NCBI GenBank assembly: GCA_002279855.1 | Contig: NCCY01000001.1 | Span: 1 to 44,333, forward strand | Source of the DNA: Rhizobiales bacterium 12-68-15 | GTDB lineage: Bacteria > Pseudomonadota > Alphaproteobacteria > Rhizobiales > Xanthobacteraceae | Direction of reading: 5' to 3' | DNA: 44,333 nucleotides | Shown here: one piece after another, positions 41,444-44,333 of the stretch | How positions within the stretch are numbered: position 1 is the stretch's first letter | How the letters are laid out: each line of letters begins with the position of its first letter | Position numbers and translations under genes: made by a program | Notes under the pieces: generated by a model | Databases searched by the model: none | What the model saw: the letters and a program-made list of their open reading frames with translations, nothing else | What the model was told of the DNA's origin: nothing

Positions 41444-42379
41444 ATGGAGTCTCCTGAACTACACATCCTTGCCCATGGACTACTCTTCCCGGAGGGTCCG
41501 GTATTTTGTGCAGACGGCTCCATCATGCTGGTGGAGATTGCGCGCGGCACTGTCACCCGAATCTATCCTGACGGTACTGTTGCCGTTGTCGCCGAAACGG
41601 GCGGCGGGCCAAATGGAGCTGCGCTTGGTCCGGACGGCGCTCTTTATGTCTGCAACAATGGTGGCTTTGAGTGGCTGGAGACGCGGGATGTGCTCCGGCC
41701 GACGCTCCAAGCGTCCAATTATTCCGGTGGACGCATCGAGAGAGTCGATCTCGTCACGGGAGCAATCCGGGTCCTCTATACGTCCTGTGAGGGGCAGCCG
41801 CTGCGCGGGCCCAACGATATCGTGTTCGATACCCATGGGGGCTTCTATTTTTCGGATATGGGCAAGGTCCGAATGCATGAACGTGACCATGGCGCATTGT
41901 ACTATGCGTCCATTGATGGCACCCACATCACAACCGTTGCAGCACCGTTGCTGGCGCCAAACGGGGTTGGCCTGTCTCCCGATGGTCGGATTCTATATGT
42001 AACGGAAACAGATACGGCACGGCTTTGGGCGTTTGATATCCAGGCTCCGGGGGTGGTGCGCAAGCTACCTTGGCCCTCACCGCACGGCGGCCGGCTTGTC
42101 GCCGGGCTGGGAGGCTACCAGCGGTTCGACAGCCTTGCCGTGGATGAGGCCGGCGTGATCTGTGTCGCGACCCTCGTATCCGGCGCCATCAGCGAGATCA
42201 GTCCCGACGGGACTTTGCTCCGGCAATGGACAATGCCTGATCCTTACCCCACCAACATCTGCTTTGGTGGGGATGACCTGCGTACCGCCTATATTACTCT
42301 GTCCGGCAGCGGCAGGCTCGCCACCATGCCGTGGCCTTCAGCAGGTTTACCACTGAACTTTACCGGTCGCACCGCGTGA
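41444..42379 (+). CDS. SMP-30/gluconolactonase-family protein
   Basis: Contains FPEGP, GPND, PNGVGLSPDG, FDSLAVD and PTNICFGG. Confidence 0.9.
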   Translation: MESPELHILAHGLLFPEGPVFCADGSIMLVEIARGTVTRIYPDGTVAVVAETGGGPNGAALGPDGALYVCNNGGFEWLETRDVLRPTLQASNYSGGRIERVDLVTGAIRVLYTSCEGQPLRGPNDIVFDTHGGFYFSDMGKVRMHERDHGALYYASIDGTHITTVAAPLLAPNGVGLSPDGRILYVTETDTARLWAFDIQAPGVVRKLPWPSPHGGRLVAGLGGYQRFDSLAVDEAGVICVATLVSGAISEISPDGTLLRQWTMPDPYPTNICFGGDDLRTAYITLSGSGRLATMPWPSAGLPLNFTGRTA

Positions 42380-42515
42380 ACACGGCTCCTGACCGGAGCG
42401 AACCACGCAGTGGGGACCGCAGAAGTTCTAGGCCACGGCATCTCGCGCGCACCAATTTCGGAGCCCAAATACCAATGCGATCTACAAAGCTCGCCCACTG
42501 CCAGTTCCAGCCTTC

Positions 42516-42989
42516 ATGGAGGCCCTCTTGAGCAACGAAATTTCCTTAAAACCTCTATTTTACCTCAAACTTCGCGTCGGCGCGCACCATAATATGGGTG
42601 TGACTCCACGGGGCTATCGCCGAGTTGCCCCCGTTTCCGGCGGTCGATTTGAAGGACGCGTGTCGGGGGAGGTTCTCCCGGGTGGAACCGACTGGATCAC
42701 GCTCAATGATGATCAGTCCTGCATGCAGATTGATGTCCGCTTGCCGCTCAAGACCGACGAGGGAAGCTTGGTCATCTTGCACTATGCCGGCATACGCGCG
42801 GGAGACCCCGAGATACTGGCACGCGTTTCGAGCGGAGAGGCCGTTGACCCTGAAAGTTACTATTACTACGTGACCGGAAGCTTTGAAGCATCAGAACCCA
42901 ACCTGTCTTGGCTGAACCGGCTGGTTTGCATCGGGAAGGGATCACGACGATCAACCGGGCCGGAATACGCGTTCTTTGAGGTTGCGTGA
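42516..42989 (+). CDS. DUF3237 (UPF0311) family beta-barrel protein
   Basis: Contains GVTPRGYRRV, GGRFEG, PGGTDW, LKTDEG and FEA...WLN. The true start may be TTG 42528. Confidence 0.82.
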   Translation: MEALLSNEISLKPLFYLKLRVGAHHNMGVTPRGYRRVAPVSGGRFEGRVSGEVLPGGTDWITLNDDQSCMQIDVRLPLKTDEGSLVILHYAGIRAGDPEILARVSSGEAVDPESYYYYVTGSFEASEPNLSWLNRLVCIGKGSRRSTGPEYAFFEVA

Positions 42990-43039
42990 GCCGTCCACGC
43001 TTCATGCCGCCAATCCCTACCTATTTTGCAACGGGTTCA

Positions 43040-43067
43040 TTGACACTTCCGCTCATTCGCATATACT
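43040..43067 (+). promoter_or_regulatory. Near-consensus sigma70 promoter with no downstream gene
   Basis: TTGACA-N16-TATACT in an AT-rich patch, followed by TATAC-rich repeats up to 43096. Confidence 0.55.
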
Positions 43068-43131
43068 TCTTATACTCCACTTTATACAGTATATACGTTG
43101 TCATCATCGATGAAATCCCGCGCCGGAAGTG

Positions 43132-44234
43132 CAGGGCTGTTCAGCGCTGATTACAGAGCGCGGTATGCGAGGATGAGATCGAGGCTGAGTGCTCCGTTCC
43201 AGAGGGCTTGAGCGACGTTGGTGGTGGCGTTGTGTCGGAGGATGTTGAGAGCGAAGCTTCTGGCGCGAGCCATGATGCCGGGGTTGTGGCGGATGCGGCT
43301 GCGATCCTCGTTGCAGGAGACGTCGCGGACATAGGGGTTGCGGTTCTCGATGCCCCAGTGGCCGCGGATGATCTCGGCCCAGATGGGCGCGGCGAGGCCT
43401 TGGGCGGATGAGACGTAGAAGGAGACCTCGGCGCGTTGCGTCCACCGGCCGGTGGCGGCTTGGCGGAGCCAGGTCTGGCGCGTGACGCGGATGATGTTCT
43501 TGATGAAGGGCTGCCATTCGCTTTTGGCGAGGGCGTCGCCGACGGGAAAGACGTCGACGGTGCGCTGCTCCTGGCGGGATCGGGCGATGTCGCGCGAGGA
43601 GGCGGTGTCGCTGGGCTGGCGCCTGTCGGCGATGGCGCGGACGTCGGCGTCCAGATTGGGCTGGTTCTCCTTGAGTTGGACCAGGAGATGGTTACCGGTC
43701 TCCAGGGCGGTGGCGAAGGTTTTTTTGGGCGTGCATGGCATCAAGGGTGAACAGGCGCCCGGTCAGGCCGAGGGTGGCGATCAAATCCTGGGCGGCGGGG
43801 ATTTCGTTGCTCTTATCGTCGATCGCCAGGTGGCCGAGGATGATCTGGTCATCGCTGGCGAAGGCGCTCAGCACATGGGCCGCCTTGCGGTCGTTGAAGG
43901 CGTCAAAGCTGCCGCGCAGCGTCTTGCCGTCGATGGCCACGCAAGCAGGCTTGGCCGTGTCCCACTCGTCGTGCGCCGGTGTCGGCAATCCAGCCGCGTG
44001 CTGGCGGAACACGGTCTCGACCGCGGCCGCGTCCAGGCCGCGGAGGATGAAGCGCACCGTCGAGTAGGCCGGAGCCTTTCGCACCGATATCCCGAACGCG
44101 GCGTTCAGGCGCTTGAGGTGGGCGCGGATGAAGGCATGGACCTGACGATACGACTGCGCTCCGGCCAGCATCGCCAGCACCGTGAACAGCAGGATCGGCG
44201 CCTGCGGGTACATCTGACCCTGACCTCGACGCGG
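43132..44234 (-). mobile_element. ISAs1-family element, 5'-truncated
   Basis: Terminal CAGGGCTGTTC at 43132. The other end is replaced by IS66 sequence. Confidence 0.85.
43151..44234 (-). pseudogene. ISAs1 transposase in two frames joined at A-AAA-AAC; start codon lost
   Basis: Frame 1 has AIDGKTLRGS, KSNEIPA and TLDAMHAQK. The -1 frame has LKENQP and IRGHWGIEN...RDV...ED. An A7 run lies at 43726-43720. Confidence 0.82.
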
Positions 44235-44333
44235 AGCCGCTCCAGTGCCTGCACGACCCGGATCAGAGCCTCGACGTCGACATCGCGATCTACAAGCACC
44301 CGCCGCCCGTTCGCCGTCACGATCTCGATCCGG
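44235..44333 (-). pseudogene. C-terminus of an IS66 accessory protein (TnpA/OrfA-like), partial at window edge
   Basis: [33 protein letters not shown] resembles IS66 OrfA C-termini. It has no stop of its own and runs into ISAs1 sequence. Confidence 0.6.

Overview
GC-rich, alphaproteobacterial-looking accessory DNA (probably a plasmid or island) carrying two catabolic modules in a field of insertion sequences. Module 1 (about 0.1-17.9 kb) lies between two direct-orientation IS481 copies. It holds an Xre/RES toxin-antitoxin pair, a nest of IS110/IS5/IS66 remnants and a TetR-led operon. That operon encodes a two-subunit coenzyme-B12 acyl-CoA mutase with the pivalyl-CoA mutase signature (Leu87/Asn204), MeaB, a PaaI-like thioesterase and a PaaK-like CoA ligase. 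It is followed by an acyl-CoA synthetase/LIV-type ABC transporter operon and a degenerate IclR. From memory this matches the Xanthobacter autotrophicus pivalyl-CoA mutase locus; I have not verified that by search. Module 2 (about 20-43 kb) has two divergent arms around a LysR gene. The left arm encodes an ADP-forming CoA ligase, a hydratase/3-hydroxyacyl-CoA dehydrogenase, a KstD-like flavoenzyme, a thiolase and ABC membrane/ATPase parts. The right arm encodes an acyl-CoA dehydrogenase, a binding protein, a beta-hydroxyacid dehydrogenase, MmgE/PrpD, an aldehyde dehydrogenase, an N-terminally extended flavin monooxygenase, a lactonase and DUF3237. Together these look like an unassigned ring-opening and beta-oxidation pathway. 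The window ends in an ISAs1/IS66 chimera. I saw no rRNA, tRNA or CRISPR array.
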